Shown: piece by piece, positions 54,303 to 62,500 of the stretch | Numbering within the stretch: position 1 is the stretch's first letter | How the letters are laid out: each line of letters begins with the position of its first letter | DNA from: a virus | DNA length: 64,000 nucleotides | Strand: one strand, 5' to 3' | IMG/VR virus record: IMGVR_UViG_3300017917_001123 | Location: 267,571 to 331,570 of that record | Notes under the pieces: generated by a model | Told to the model about the DNA's origin: nothing | The model's input: only the letters and a program-made list of their open reading frames with translations | Databases searched by the model: none | Program-made: the position numbers and the translations under genes

Positions 54303-55074
54303 GGTTGTAAATACTCTCATGGACTTTGAGAGAGTATTTTGTTTTGGTTGTAGTTGGACCCATTATCGTTGGCCAACTTGGGCAGACATGTGCCGATACG
54401 GAACGGACAAACCAGTTTATAATTGGGGACTCCGTGGTATCGGCAATGTTGGCATTTTACATAGAATGTTAGAAGCTGATCTTAAACATCAGTTCACAGA
54501 CCGAGACCTGATACTAGTTCAATGGACAACATGGACACGAGAAGATAGGTACTTTGATAAGTGGCAAGCAGGCGGCGCAGTTTTTAATAATAATTTCTAC
54601 GACAAAGCCTTTGTTAACAAGTACTGGAGTTGGAACAACGACATAATAAAAAATGCCACAGCAATTATTACAGCAAATCGCATGTTCAAAATTGCCTATC
54701 AATATACGTTCCATCCGTTTCCTGTAAGCCCGGATTTTGACTATACAGACTCTTTAACAAAACAAGAAATTCTATCCTTTTATAGAACAAATCTTCCTGC
54801 GGTGCCTGTATTTCCGCAGAACCTAAACACAGACTTTGGCAAGAATTGTTTAGACGGACACGCAGATATTAACGCACATCTAAAGTTCTTTGATCAAAAC
54901 ATAAAACCCTTGGGCTTTGACCTAAAGGACAACCATCTAAGACTAGCAGTCCTACACGATTCTATCTCGCAACAGCTAGACAAAAAACAATCGCATAATC
55001 AACAATGGGCAGTTATCAAAGAGCTTGTTCACAAGTTTGATAAAACCATTGACGGTCCTACTCTAGGATTCTAA
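54268..55074 (+). CDS. hypothetical protein
   Basis: 268-aa ORF. Confidence 0.4.
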   Translation: MDTQVLLTSTAKVVNTLMDFERVFCFGCSWTHYRWPTWADMCRYGTDKPVYNWGLRGIGNVGILHRMLEADLKHQFTDRDLILVQWTTWTREDRYFDKWQAGGAVFNNNFYDKAFVNKYWSWNNDIIKNATAIITANRMFKIAYQYTFHPFPVSPDFDYTDSLTKQEILSFYRTNLPAVPVFPQNLNTDFGKNCLDGHADINAHLKFFDQNIKPLGFDLKDNHLRLAVLHDSISQQLDKKQSHNQQWAVIKELVHKFDKTIDGPTLGF

Positions 55075-55088
55075 TTTCTCCAAAACGC

Positions 55089-55117
55089 TTGCTTTTCGCC
55101 CAGTTTTCGCCTATTAT
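55089..55117 (+). promoter_or_regulatory. sigma70-type promoter TTGCTT-17-TATTAT
   Basis: -35 at 55089-55094, -10 at 55112-55117. Confidence 0.4.
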
Positions 55118-55181
55118 TAATTCATAGAGCATAAGTAAAAGTATATGATTGCTCTAAGTTAATGCTCTAAGGAAAGGAAAG

Positions 55182-55538
55182 ATGGCTGAGATTTTTAAAT
55201 GCTTAAACTGCGGGAGAGAAAACCCTGTTAAAGGCGCAAATTATTCAAACAAGTATTGTAATAATCATTGCCAGCAACAGCATAGAAAGAAACTCCTAAA
55301 CGAAAAGCGTATTCAAGAATGGAAGTCAGGATGCGGGCTTTATGTATGGAAGGAAGTTCCGGATTACATTAAAGAACACCTTATCCAAGAGCGTGGGCAT
55401 CAATGTGAAGTATGCGGTATTACAGAGTGGCAGGGCAATCCGGCTCCGCTAACTGTAACGCAGAAAGACCGAGATGCTTATAACAACAAAGAAGATAACT
55501 TAGAAGTCATCTGTTATAATTGCTTATCGCAAAAATAA
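55182..55538 (+). CDS. Cys-rich zinc-ribbon protein with degenerate HNH-like C-terminal module
   Basis: 'CLNCG...CNNHC' and 'CEVCG...NLEVICYNC' CxxC pairs. The usual catalytic His is replaced ('TVTQKDRD' in place of 'xVDHIxP'). Confidence 0.4.
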   Translation: MAEIFKCLNCGRENPVKGANYSNKYCNNHCQQQHRKKLLNEKRIQEWKSGCGLYVWKEVPDYIKEHLIQERGHQCEVCGITEWQGNPAPLTVTQKDRDAYNNKEDNLEVICYNCLSQK

Positions 55539-55565
55539 TTTCATTTCACACAAGGAGAAACACAA

Positions 55566-56105
55566 ATGAAAACCGTTGGACAAAAATTAGATCCGTTTAT
55601 CGTAACTGGTGTTAAGCCAGGTCAACCTGAAGATGCTTTCTTCGACATCACCGAGGAATCATTCCCAGGTAAGTGGAAAGTAATCGTTTACTATCCAAAG
55701 GACTTTACATTCGTTTGCCCAACTGAAATTGTTGCCTACGATAAGTTGGCACAGGATTTCGCAGACCGCGACGCTGTATTGCTAACTGGTTCAACAGACA
55801 ACGAGTTCTGTAAGGTAGCTTGGCAGAAGGCACACCCAGATCTACAAAAGATCACTCACACTCAGTTCGCTGATACACAGCGTGGTGAGAACAGCCTAAT
55901 CGAGCAACTAGGTGTATTCTATGCTCCAGCAGGTGCGGCTCTTCGTGCTACATTCATTGTTGATCCTAACAACGAAATCCAGCACGTTACAGTCAACAAC
56001 TTGAACGTTGGTCGTAGCCCAGAGGAAACACTTCGTGTTCTTGATGCGCTACAAACTGGCGAGCTTTGCGCTTGTAACCGTGCTGTAGGCGGCGAAACAC
56101 TTTAA
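55566..56105 (+). CDS. peroxiredoxin (AhpC/Prx family)
   Basis: Peroxidatic Cys motif 'DFTFVCPTEI'. C-terminal 'GELCACN' is a candidate resolving Cys. Confidence 0.85.
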   Translation: MKTVGQKLDPFIVTGVKPGQPEDAFFDITEESFPGKWKVIVYYPKDFTFVCPTEIVAYDKLAQDFADRDAVLLTGSTDNEFCKVAWQKAHPDLQKITHTQFADTQRGENSLIEQLGVFYAPAGAALRATFIVDPNNEIQHVTVNNLNVGRSPEETLRVLDALQTGELCACNRAVGGETL

Positions 56106-56320
56106 GGGAATACAATGACCGGTAAAGAATTTGAACGTAAGATAAGACAATATCATTACCGTCTCGAGTTGCTACGCACAGTAGCACCGGTCATTATCAT
56201 TACCTTACAATGTATCATCTTATATAAGATTTTTTGGGGGTAGTATTATGAGTTTTCAAGAACAATTTGCTTACTTAAAAAGATGGCATTGCCCATCTTG
56301 TAACACACAAGGAAAATAAA

Positions 56321-56827
56321 ATGGCTTTTATTGAATCAATTAAACAAGCCTTGCCAGAGTACGCAAAGGATACCAAACTTAACTTGGATGCTGTCCTTTT
56401 GCGTAGCACATTGGATGCCGATGTGGCTATGGGCTGTGCGGTTGCCGCATTGGCCGCAACTGGCAATGGAAAGGTACTCGCAGTAATGTTGGCAGATGCT
56501 CCGGTACATGCCGAATCTGCGATGTGTGCCGCAAGCATTATGGCACAGAACAATGTATGGTATCCATATGTTGAAATGGCAGATGATGAGCAACTCAAAG
56601 GCTTGCCAGCACAGTTACGCATGAACGCAATCGCAAGTCATGGCGGAACTACAAAGGCAAACTTTGAAGCATTTAGTTTGGCGGCTAGTATTGTTGGCAA
56701 ATGTCATTTCTGTGTTAAGGCACACTATGACACATTGAAGCAAGAAGGCTACACAGTAGAACAGCTTCGTGACATTGGCCGTATTGCTAGTGTTATGAAC
56801 GCAGTAGCCAAAGTTTTAAACAGTTAA
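56321..56827 (+). CDS. ahpD: alkylhydroperoxidase AhpD-like (carboxymuconolactone decarboxylase family)
   Basis: 'GKCHFCVKAH' CxxC(H) active-site motif of AhpD. Confidence 0.7.
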   Translation: MAFIESIKQALPEYAKDTKLNLDAVLLRSTLDADVAMGCAVAALAATGNGKVLAVMLADAPVHAESAMCAASIMAQNNVWYPYVEMADDEQLKGLPAQLRMNAIASHGGTTKANFEAFSLAASIVGKCHFCVKAHYDTLKQEGYTVEQLRDIGRIASVMNAVAKVLNS

Positions 56828-56833
56828 TCCAAA

Positions 56834-56866
56834 AGCCCTGTTTCCAGGGCTTTCCCTCCTTTCTTC
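56834..56866 (+). terminator. rho-independent terminator
   Basis: AGCCCTG-tttc-CAGGGCT followed by a pyrimidine/T-rich tract. Confidence 0.5.
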
Positions 56867-56898
56867 CAAAATTTTGGTAAATTCTTTGCCAAAAGTGG

Positions 56899-56927
56899 TT
56901 GACCTTTTACCACTTTGACCTTATAAT
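56899..56927 (+). promoter_or_regulatory. sigma70-type early promoter TTGACC-17-TATAAT (rIIA)
   Basis: -35 at 56899-56904, -10 at 56922-56927, 43 nt upstream of the rIIA ATG. Confidence 0.55.
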
Positions 56928-56970
56928 ATATACATACAGTTAGATAACAGACACACAGAAAGGGTCTAAA

Positions 56971-59148
56971 ATGCAACTTTTGAACGCTGTCCAAAACGAA
57001 GCTATTTTGAGCAACGTTGGCGAAATTGGTGAGTTTCGTATCCGCAACTCTGCCAAAGCCTTTAACATCTTGTCCAGCGGTTTGTACGCAAACAAGATTA
57101 AGGCAATCGTTCGCGAATTGAGCTGTAACGCAGTTGACTCGCATACTGCCGCTGGTAAGTCAGACGTTCCGTTTGATGTTCATCTTCCTTCACAATTCGA
57201 ACCTTGGTTTGCTATTCGCGACTACGGTACTGGACTAAGCCATGAACAAGTTACTAACATCTATACGACTTATTTTGAGTCCACTAAGACTGCTTCAAAT
57301 GATTTCATTGGTGCTTTGGGTCTTGGCTCTAAGTCTCCTTTCAGCTACACTGACAATTTCACCGTAACCGCTATCCAAAACGGTCGCAAGGGTATCTACT
57401 CTGCTTTCATTAACGAAGCAGGTGTGCCTAGCATCGCATTGATGATGGAAGAAGCTACAGACGAAGCTAACGGTGTTGAAGTTAAGTTCTCTGTGAACGA
57501 ACGCTGGGACTTTGACAAGTTCCGCCAAGAAGCTCGTTCAGTCTACAAGTGGTTCAAGCAACAGCCCAATGTTATCGGTGTCAGCGACTTCAAGATCGAA
57601 GAAGTTGACTACGAAGACATGAACATTGTTCCTGGAGTTCACAGCCGTCAGCGCGGTTACGGCCATTCGGTTGCCGTTATGGGTAATATTGCTTACCCTA
57701 TCGAAATTCCTAACGCTGACCAAAGCCTCGGTGCTCTGCGTAAACTGTTGAGCTGTGGTCTTGTTATGGAGTTCAAAATTGGTGAACTGGACTTCCAAGC
57801 AAGCCGCGAAGGTTTGAGCTACATTCCTCAGACCATCGCTAGCATTAAGGCTAAGTTGGAAGAACTGAACGGTGCTTTGGCCGGAAAGTTGGCTGAAGAA
57901 GCAGATGCTATTACTAACCAGTGGGAAAAGGCTTTGTTCCTGTCCACTCGTGCTGATAAGGATCTGTGGTCTGCGGCTACTCGTAAGTACATCGCTGACA
58001 CTAAGTTTGAGCTGATCGAAGATCGTTCTGGCTATCTGCGTACTAAGGCATTTGGTCTTAAGACTGAAGATCTCCAAAAGGACTACAACATTATCCTTCG
58101 TGGCTTTAGCAAAGGTCGCGGATCTGTTACTTGTTCTAACATGACTGCTGGTCGTGAATACGACTATCACAAAAAGGACGCTAACGGTCATTCGCTGTCT
58201 TGGACTGAGTGGCGCATGAGCATCAGCAACGGTGTTCAGTTTGTTGTAAACGATACCAAAGTTGGTGCTACCGAACGTGCTAAGAACCACTGGCGCAAGT
58301 GTAAGCAGGACGACCTGCCGCACCAAAGCCATGTGTATGTTGTCGAGCCGTTTGACCGCACTAAGCCGATGAAGACCAAGGAGTTTTTTGAGTTGATCAA
58401 GAATCCTCCGGAGTGCCAAATCCGTTTGGCAAGCTCGCTGATTGAGAAGGAACGTGCCCAAGGTACTAGCCTGAAGAACGTTACTATCCTTAAGCTGGCT
58501 CCTCGTGGCTACGGCGGTTACTATCGTGAACGTGAAATGGTTTGGAAGGACGCAGGTAAGGCTGATCAGTTTGATCAGACCAAAACTTACTACTACATTC
58601 CGTTGAGCGGTTTCGAAATGAACAGTTCTTGTGGTTACACTTCTGGTAAAGAATTGTGGACTGAACTCAAAGAAAGTAAGATGGGTGTTTGCCCAGAAAC
58701 TATCTACGGTGTTCGCAAGTCGGACATTGAGTTTATCCGTACACAAGCTAACTGGGTTAATTTGGAAAAGCATATCAAGGAAACTTTGGAAAAAGTAACC
58801 GAACAAGATATGGTGAAATTTGCTGTTAGCCTACTTGACAATTCCAATGTTGCCAAGTACAATAGTAGCATTGTAAACGGTATTTCAAACCCGAATAGCC
58901 CTTACGTGGTCTTTGTGAATAAACTCAAGGACGTCCAAGCAGAGAGCTTTAACGAACATTACGTCAAGCGTCTGTTTAGTCGTTTCAAGATTCAAGCGCA
59001 CGACCCGTCTGCTATCGCTGAGAAGTTCCGTAAGGAATGTAACGATGTTATCAGTCGTTATCCGTTGATCGACTACGTGCCTAGTAGTAAAGCTACCCAA
59101 GCCCTGGTTGATTACATTAATATGGTTGACACACAGAAAGGTGTTTAA
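56971..59148 (+). CDS. rIIA: rIIA protein (membrane-associated, GHKL-ATPase-like N-terminus)
   Basis: '[30 protein letters not shown]' and '[27 protein letters not shown]' closely match T4 rIIA ('[30 protein letters not shown]', '[27 protein letters not shown]'). Confidence 0.85.
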   Translation: [725 protein letters not shown]

Positions 59149-59149
59149 A

Positions 59150-59917
59150 ATGAGCTATCCGTTTTTGATTCAAGGTAAGAACATTGTTGTCGTTATCGGC
59201 AATAACAGTCATACCATCAGTTCTACTCATATCAGCTATGAGAAGATCAAAGAGGCTATTAAGGCCAACGATTGGGATACTGTAAAGGATCTCATTGAGC
59301 CTCGTAAGGTTGTGCTGAACTACGGTGCTGGTAACATCGCTATCCAAGGTGATAAGATGTTCTGGAAGGGCACCGAGTTCCATAACACTTTGGCCGCCCG
59401 CATTGTTGAGATGTACCAAGAAGGCTTCCCGATTGAGCCAATGGTTAACTTCATGGAAAACTTGATGACTAACCCTAGTAAGCGAGCCGTCGATGAACTG
59501 TACAAGTTCCTCGAAAAGGGTAACCTGCCGATTACTTCGGACGGTCACTTCCTGGCTTACAAGAAAGTCCGTGAAGACTATTTGGACTGCCACAGTGGTA
59601 CTATGGACAATAGTGTCGGTAAGATTGTCGAAATGGAACGTAACCAAGTCGATGACGACAAGAATAACACTTGTTCTACCGGTCTCCACTTCTGTAGCAA
59701 GGAGTACTTGAACCACTTTGGTGGAGCTCGTACTATGATCCTTAAGATCAACCCTCGCGATGTAGTTTCTATTCCTAGCGACTACAATGCAACCAAGGGT
59801 CGTGCTTGCCGCTACGAAGTGGTTGGCGAAGTTGGTGTTTCGGTTGAAGAAGCAGAAGCGGCATTCACTGCTCCTGTCCAAGACTGGAATGTCAATAACC
59901 CGAGTGACATGGAATGA
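59150..59917 (+). CDS. rIIB: rIIB protein
   Basis: 'FMENLMTNPSKRAVDELYKFL...DGHFLAYKKVREDYLDCHSGTMDNSVGKIVEM...TCSTGLHFCSKEY...INPRDVVSIPSDYN' parallels T4 rIIB ('FLENLLENPSQKAVSRLFDFL...DGYFYAWKVVRSNYFDCHSNTFDNSPGKVVKM...TCSRGLHVCSKSY...VHPRDVVSIPIDYN'). Start taken at the ATG right after the rIIA stop. Confidence 0.8.
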   Translation: MSYPFLIQGKNIVVVIGNNSHTISSTHISYEKIKEAIKANDWDTVKDLIEPRKVVLNYGAGNIAIQGDKMFWKGTEFHNTLAARIVEMYQEGFPIEPMVNFMENLMTNPSKRAVDELYKFLEKGNLPITSDGHFLAYKKVREDYLDCHSGTMDNSVGKIVEMERNQVDDDKNNTCSTGLHFCSKEYLNHFGGARTMILKINPRDVVSIPSDYNATKGRACRYEVVGEVGVSVEEAEAAFTAPVQDWNVNNPSDME

Positions 59918-60090
59918 TTAAGATCATTCTTGCGTTTCTGATTGCCTTTGGTATCTGCTTTTTGGGTATCAAAGGCTTCAGAAATTTAACCGGAAAAGAC
60001 CGTTGGGCATTGACAAAACTCCTTGCCTACAGTACAATATGTTCATTGCTAGCAATAGCAATACTTGTTTTAATCGTCATTCTTTTTTAA
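59914..60090 (+). CDS. small membrane protein (2 predicted TM helices)
   Basis: 58 aa 'MIKIILAFLIAFGICFLG...LLAIAILVLIVILF'. ATGA overlap with the rIIB stop. Under 60 aa, so absent from the ORF track. Confidence 0.35.
   Translation: MIKIILAFLIAFGICFLGIKGFRNLTGKDRWALTKLLAYSTICSLLAIAILVLIVILF
60010..60038 (+). promoter_or_regulatory. sigma70-type promoter TTGACA-17-TACAAT
   Basis: -35 at 60010-60015, -10 at 60033-60038, 64 nt upstream of the lipoprotein ATG. Confidence 0.45.
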
Positions 60091-60101
60091 GGAAATTTAC
60101 A

Positions 60102-60896
60102 ATGAAGCGTTCCGCAATTTTGGGTATTTTGGGTTTGGCTATTTTGGCTACGGGTTGTACCCGAATCGAAACCGGTGAGGTTGGTGTGCGAGTGGGCTTT
60201 GACAAACAAGTCCAACCTGGCGAACTGTTGCCCGGTAGTTTCAATCAAGTTATCATCGGTGATGTGCTTACATTCCCAATCAAGGACGTTAACGTCAAAT
60301 TGGAAGACATGACTCCGGTTGCTAAAGATAATAGTACAATGAAAGACCTTGATGCTGTGGTTATCTACAACATCAATCAAGCGCAGGTTGCTGAACTGTA
60401 CAGTCAAAAGAGTCAAGCGTTTCACGCTAAACACCAAGGCGATATCTACTTGATGTACAACTACATTGTTCAAACTGCTCGTAATGCGATCTACAAAGAA
60501 GCACGTAAGTATGAAGCATTGGACATGGCGGACAATCGACAGGCAATGGAACAAGCAATTAAAGAACAAATCCAAAAGTCGTTGGCTGAAGAAAAGCTCG
60601 ACGGTAGTTTGGTTGTTAGTCAAGTTTTGATTCGTAACATTGTGCCTGCTGATTCTGTAGTTGAAAGTGCCAACGCTCTTGTTCGTGCTAAGAACGAGTA
60701 CAAGCAGAAGGAAGTTGAAGTGGCCACTGCTAAGAAAGAAGCAGAACGTATGGCCGCACTGGCTAACAACTCTGCTAGTTCGATTGCCTTTATGAACGCA
60801 CAGGCCGCACTTAATATCTCCGAAGGTATTAAGAACGGTAAGGTACAGACTATTGTTGTACCGAGCAACATGACTGGTTTGATGATTAACAAGTAA
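60102..60896 (+). CDS. SPFH/band-7 (stomatin/prohibitin/HflK-like) domain lipoprotein
   Basis: The ORF is taken from the internal ATG at 60102, giving the lipoprotein signal 'MKRSAILGILGLAILATGC' with the lipobox LATG|C. 'IETGEVGVRVGFDK' and the following segment resemble the start of an SPFH domain. Coiled-coil C-terminus. Confidence 0.55.
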   Translation: MKRSAILGILGLAILATGCTRIETGEVGVRVGFDKQVQPGELLPGSFNQVIIGDVLTFPIKDVNVKLEDMTPVAKDNSTMKDLDAVVIYNINQAQVAELYSQKSQAFHAKHQGDIYLMYNYIVQTARNAIYKEARKYEALDMADNRQAMEQAIKEQIQKSLAEEKLDGSLVVSQVLIRNIVPADSVVESANALVRAKNEYKQKEVEVATAKKEAERMAALANNSASSIAFMNAQAALNISEGIKNGKVQTIVVPSNMTGLMINK

Positions 60897-60901
60897 TCAG
60901 G

Positions 60902-60928
60902 ATAGGGCAGGCAACTGCCCTATTTTCA
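60902..60928 (+). terminator. rho-independent terminator
   Basis: TAGGGCAG-gcaa-CTGCCCTA followed by TTTTC. Confidence 0.55.
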
Positions 60929-60930
60929 AA

Positions 60931-61191
60931 ATGAAACAGCGTGGATTTACCCTCATCGAAATGCTAATTGCTGTAGTCTTTGCCCTGTGCTTGATTACAT
61001 TCATCGCAAATGCTGTCAATGGATTCAGCAACGGTGGCAATATTAGTTTTGGAATCAACGGCATGACCGAAAGCCGTTGTATCGAAGGCTACAAGTTTAT
61101 CGTTGGACAAGAAGGACAGGCCCGTCAAATCCTCGATGAGTTTGGCAAAGGTGTACGCTGTCAGACTAATCCAACTCCGGGCAAGCTATGA
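60931..61191 (+). CDS. type IV prepilin-like protein (pilin/pseudopilin N-terminal signal)
   Basis: 'MKQRG|FTLIEMLIAVVFAL' is a class III (prepilin peptidase) signal with conserved Gly-1, Phe+1 and Glu+5. Two C-terminal Cys (RCIEG...RCQT) could form the pilin disulfide. Confidence 0.6.
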   Translation: MKQRGFTLIEMLIAVVFALCLITFIANAVNGFSNGGNISFGINGMTESRCIEGYKFIVGQEGQARQILDEFGKGVRCQTNPTPGKL

Positions 61192-61664
61192 AGTTTTTTG
61201 ATAGATCAGGAGCACATTGGTTATTCTGGGCAGGAGTGGTATATCTTGTCGTTGGACTAACTGATATCTTCTTATTCAACAAATTTTTTAGTGAATGGAT
61301 ACATGTAGTTTGGATTCTTGTAATTAGTGCGCCTTTTTGGTTTCCTCCCTTAGGGCGTTGGCTTAATTTGGATGTAACCTGGGATCAAAAAATGTTTAAC
61401 TTCTTTAAAGGCAAAAAGCCTAGTAATGTTGTTCCTTTTCCTGAACCTAAATCGGTGCCTAAAATGCCAGAAGTACACACACCTCCTGCTCCAGAACCTG
61501 ACAAAGCTGGAAAGACTTATTACCAACTTGGTCTCACTGATAACAACCGTGTATGCTTTACAATGGGCTACACTCAAATCACGATGAATCGAGCAGGTGT
61601 CCAACAAATGATTAACCAACTTGAGTTCTATCAAAGCCAGCTCTACGATGAAAGCGAAGAGTAA
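61188..61664 (+). CDS. membrane protein (2 TM helices)
   Basis: 'WLFWAGVVYLVVGLTDIFLF' and 'VVWILVISAPFWFPPLG' hydrophobic segments. Confidence 0.45.
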   Translation: MKFFDRSGAHWLFWAGVVYLVVGLTDIFLFNKFFSEWIHVVWILVISAPFWFPPLGRWLNLDVTWDQKMFNFFKGKKPSNVVPFPEPKSVPKMPEVHTPPAPEPDKAGKTYYQLGLTDNNRVCFTMGYTQITMNRAGVQQMINQLEFYQSQLYDESEE

Positions 61665-61885
61665 TGAATCGGCACTACTGTATCAGAGAAACAGACAGCG
61701 GTTCTGAACCTTGCGATATCCTTTTGGACCACGGACTTAAAAGTCCAGACTTCCGAACTTATGTTATTCGTAAGGAAGATTTGTTTCCTTGGAAGATCGC
61801 ACACGAGCTAAACAATGCTTATCAAGCAGGTCGAGCAGATGCTATGCGTGAACTAAGAGACTTCATCGGGATTAAGAGTAATTAA
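61664..61885 (+). CDS. hypothetical protein
   Basis: 73-aa ORF. Confidence 0.4.
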   Translation: MNRHYCIRETDSGSEPCDILLDHGLKSPDFRTYVIRKEDLFPWKIAHELNNAYQAGRADAMRELRDFIGIKSN

Positions 61886-62046
61886 TGGGGCTTTGGAATT
61901 TTGTAGTCGATATGTCTCAAGAAGGTCGTATAAACGAACTTCAAGAACGTGTTGAAAAGCTAGAAGAACAGAATCAAATTTTGTACGAATGGGTACAGTA
62001 CTTTAGAAAGAAAGAAGATGAGCAAAATAGCAACAAACTTCCTTGA
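61885..62046 (+). CDS. small coiled-coil ORF (53 aa)
   Basis: MGLWNFVVDMSQEGRINELQERVEKLEEQNQILYEW.... Starts at a TAATGG overlap and partially overlaps the next ORF. Low confidence. Confidence 0.25.
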   Translation: MGLWNFVVDMSQEGRINELQERVEKLEEQNQILYEWVQYFRKKEDEQNSNKLP

Positions 62047-62230
62047 CCCTATGCGTCTGCCCTGTGGCGGTACAGCATACTTTGACGAGTCTAGCGGTAT
62101 TAGTTATCGCTGTGAGGATTGCGGTGCTGTAGTTGGTAGTATCGGACAGCCTAGAAGCTGTGTAGAAGAAGCAAAGAAATACGAAGTCTGGGAATTACTG
62201 GGCGGAAAAGGTTGGGACTATTTTCAATAA
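62018..62230 (+). CDS. small zinc-ribbon protein
   Basis: 'RLPCGG...YRCEDCGAV' CxxG...CxxC pattern. 70 aa. The tRNA starts immediately after its stop. Confidence 0.4.
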   Translation: MSKIATNFLDPMRLPCGGTAYFDESSGISYRCEDCGAVVGSIGQPRSCVEEAKKYEVWELLGGKGWDYFQ

Positions 62231-62306
62231 GCGTCTGTAGCTAAGTGGCATAGCAGGAGCCTCTAAAACTCTGAATCGCGGGTTCGATTCCCGCCAGACG
62301 CACCAA
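62231..62306 (+). tRNA. tRNA with anticodon loop CU-CUA-AA (putative amber suppressor tRNA-Sup(CUA))
   Basis: Full cloverleaf by hand: acceptor gcgtctg/cagacgc, D-arm gcta-agtggca-tagc, anticodon stem ggagc/actct (one C-A mismatch at 31-39), loop ctctaaa, 5-nt variable loop, T-arm gcggg-ttcgatt-cccgc, discriminator A, encoded CCA. Confidence 0.7.
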
Positions 62307-62317
62307 ATGTTAAAACC

Positions 62318-62500
62318 ATGATACCACATACACAATACGAACGCTTAATTCTCCTCGAAGAAATTGAACGAGGTGATAAAGTTGTAATTCCTACAAGTAT
62401 GGAACATGCTCGTTTCATGTTGCGGGTAGCACAGTTTTATATTGATCAACAACATCAAAACTTGATCGATACTATCAAAAACTCGGAAGGCAAACAATGA
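62318..62500 (+). CDS. hypothetical protein
   Basis: 60-aa ORF. Confidence 0.35.
   Translation: MIPHTQYERLILLEEIERGDKVVIPTSMEHARFMLRVAQFYIDQQHQNLIDTIKNSEGKQ

Noticed and set aside
57538-58806. 422-aa antisense ORF inside rIIA (and the 254-aa antisense ORF 59117-59881 inside rIIB)
   Set aside because: rIIA/rIIB are confidently identified by close similarity to T4. The antisense frames are low-complexity mirror ORFs produced by codon bias.
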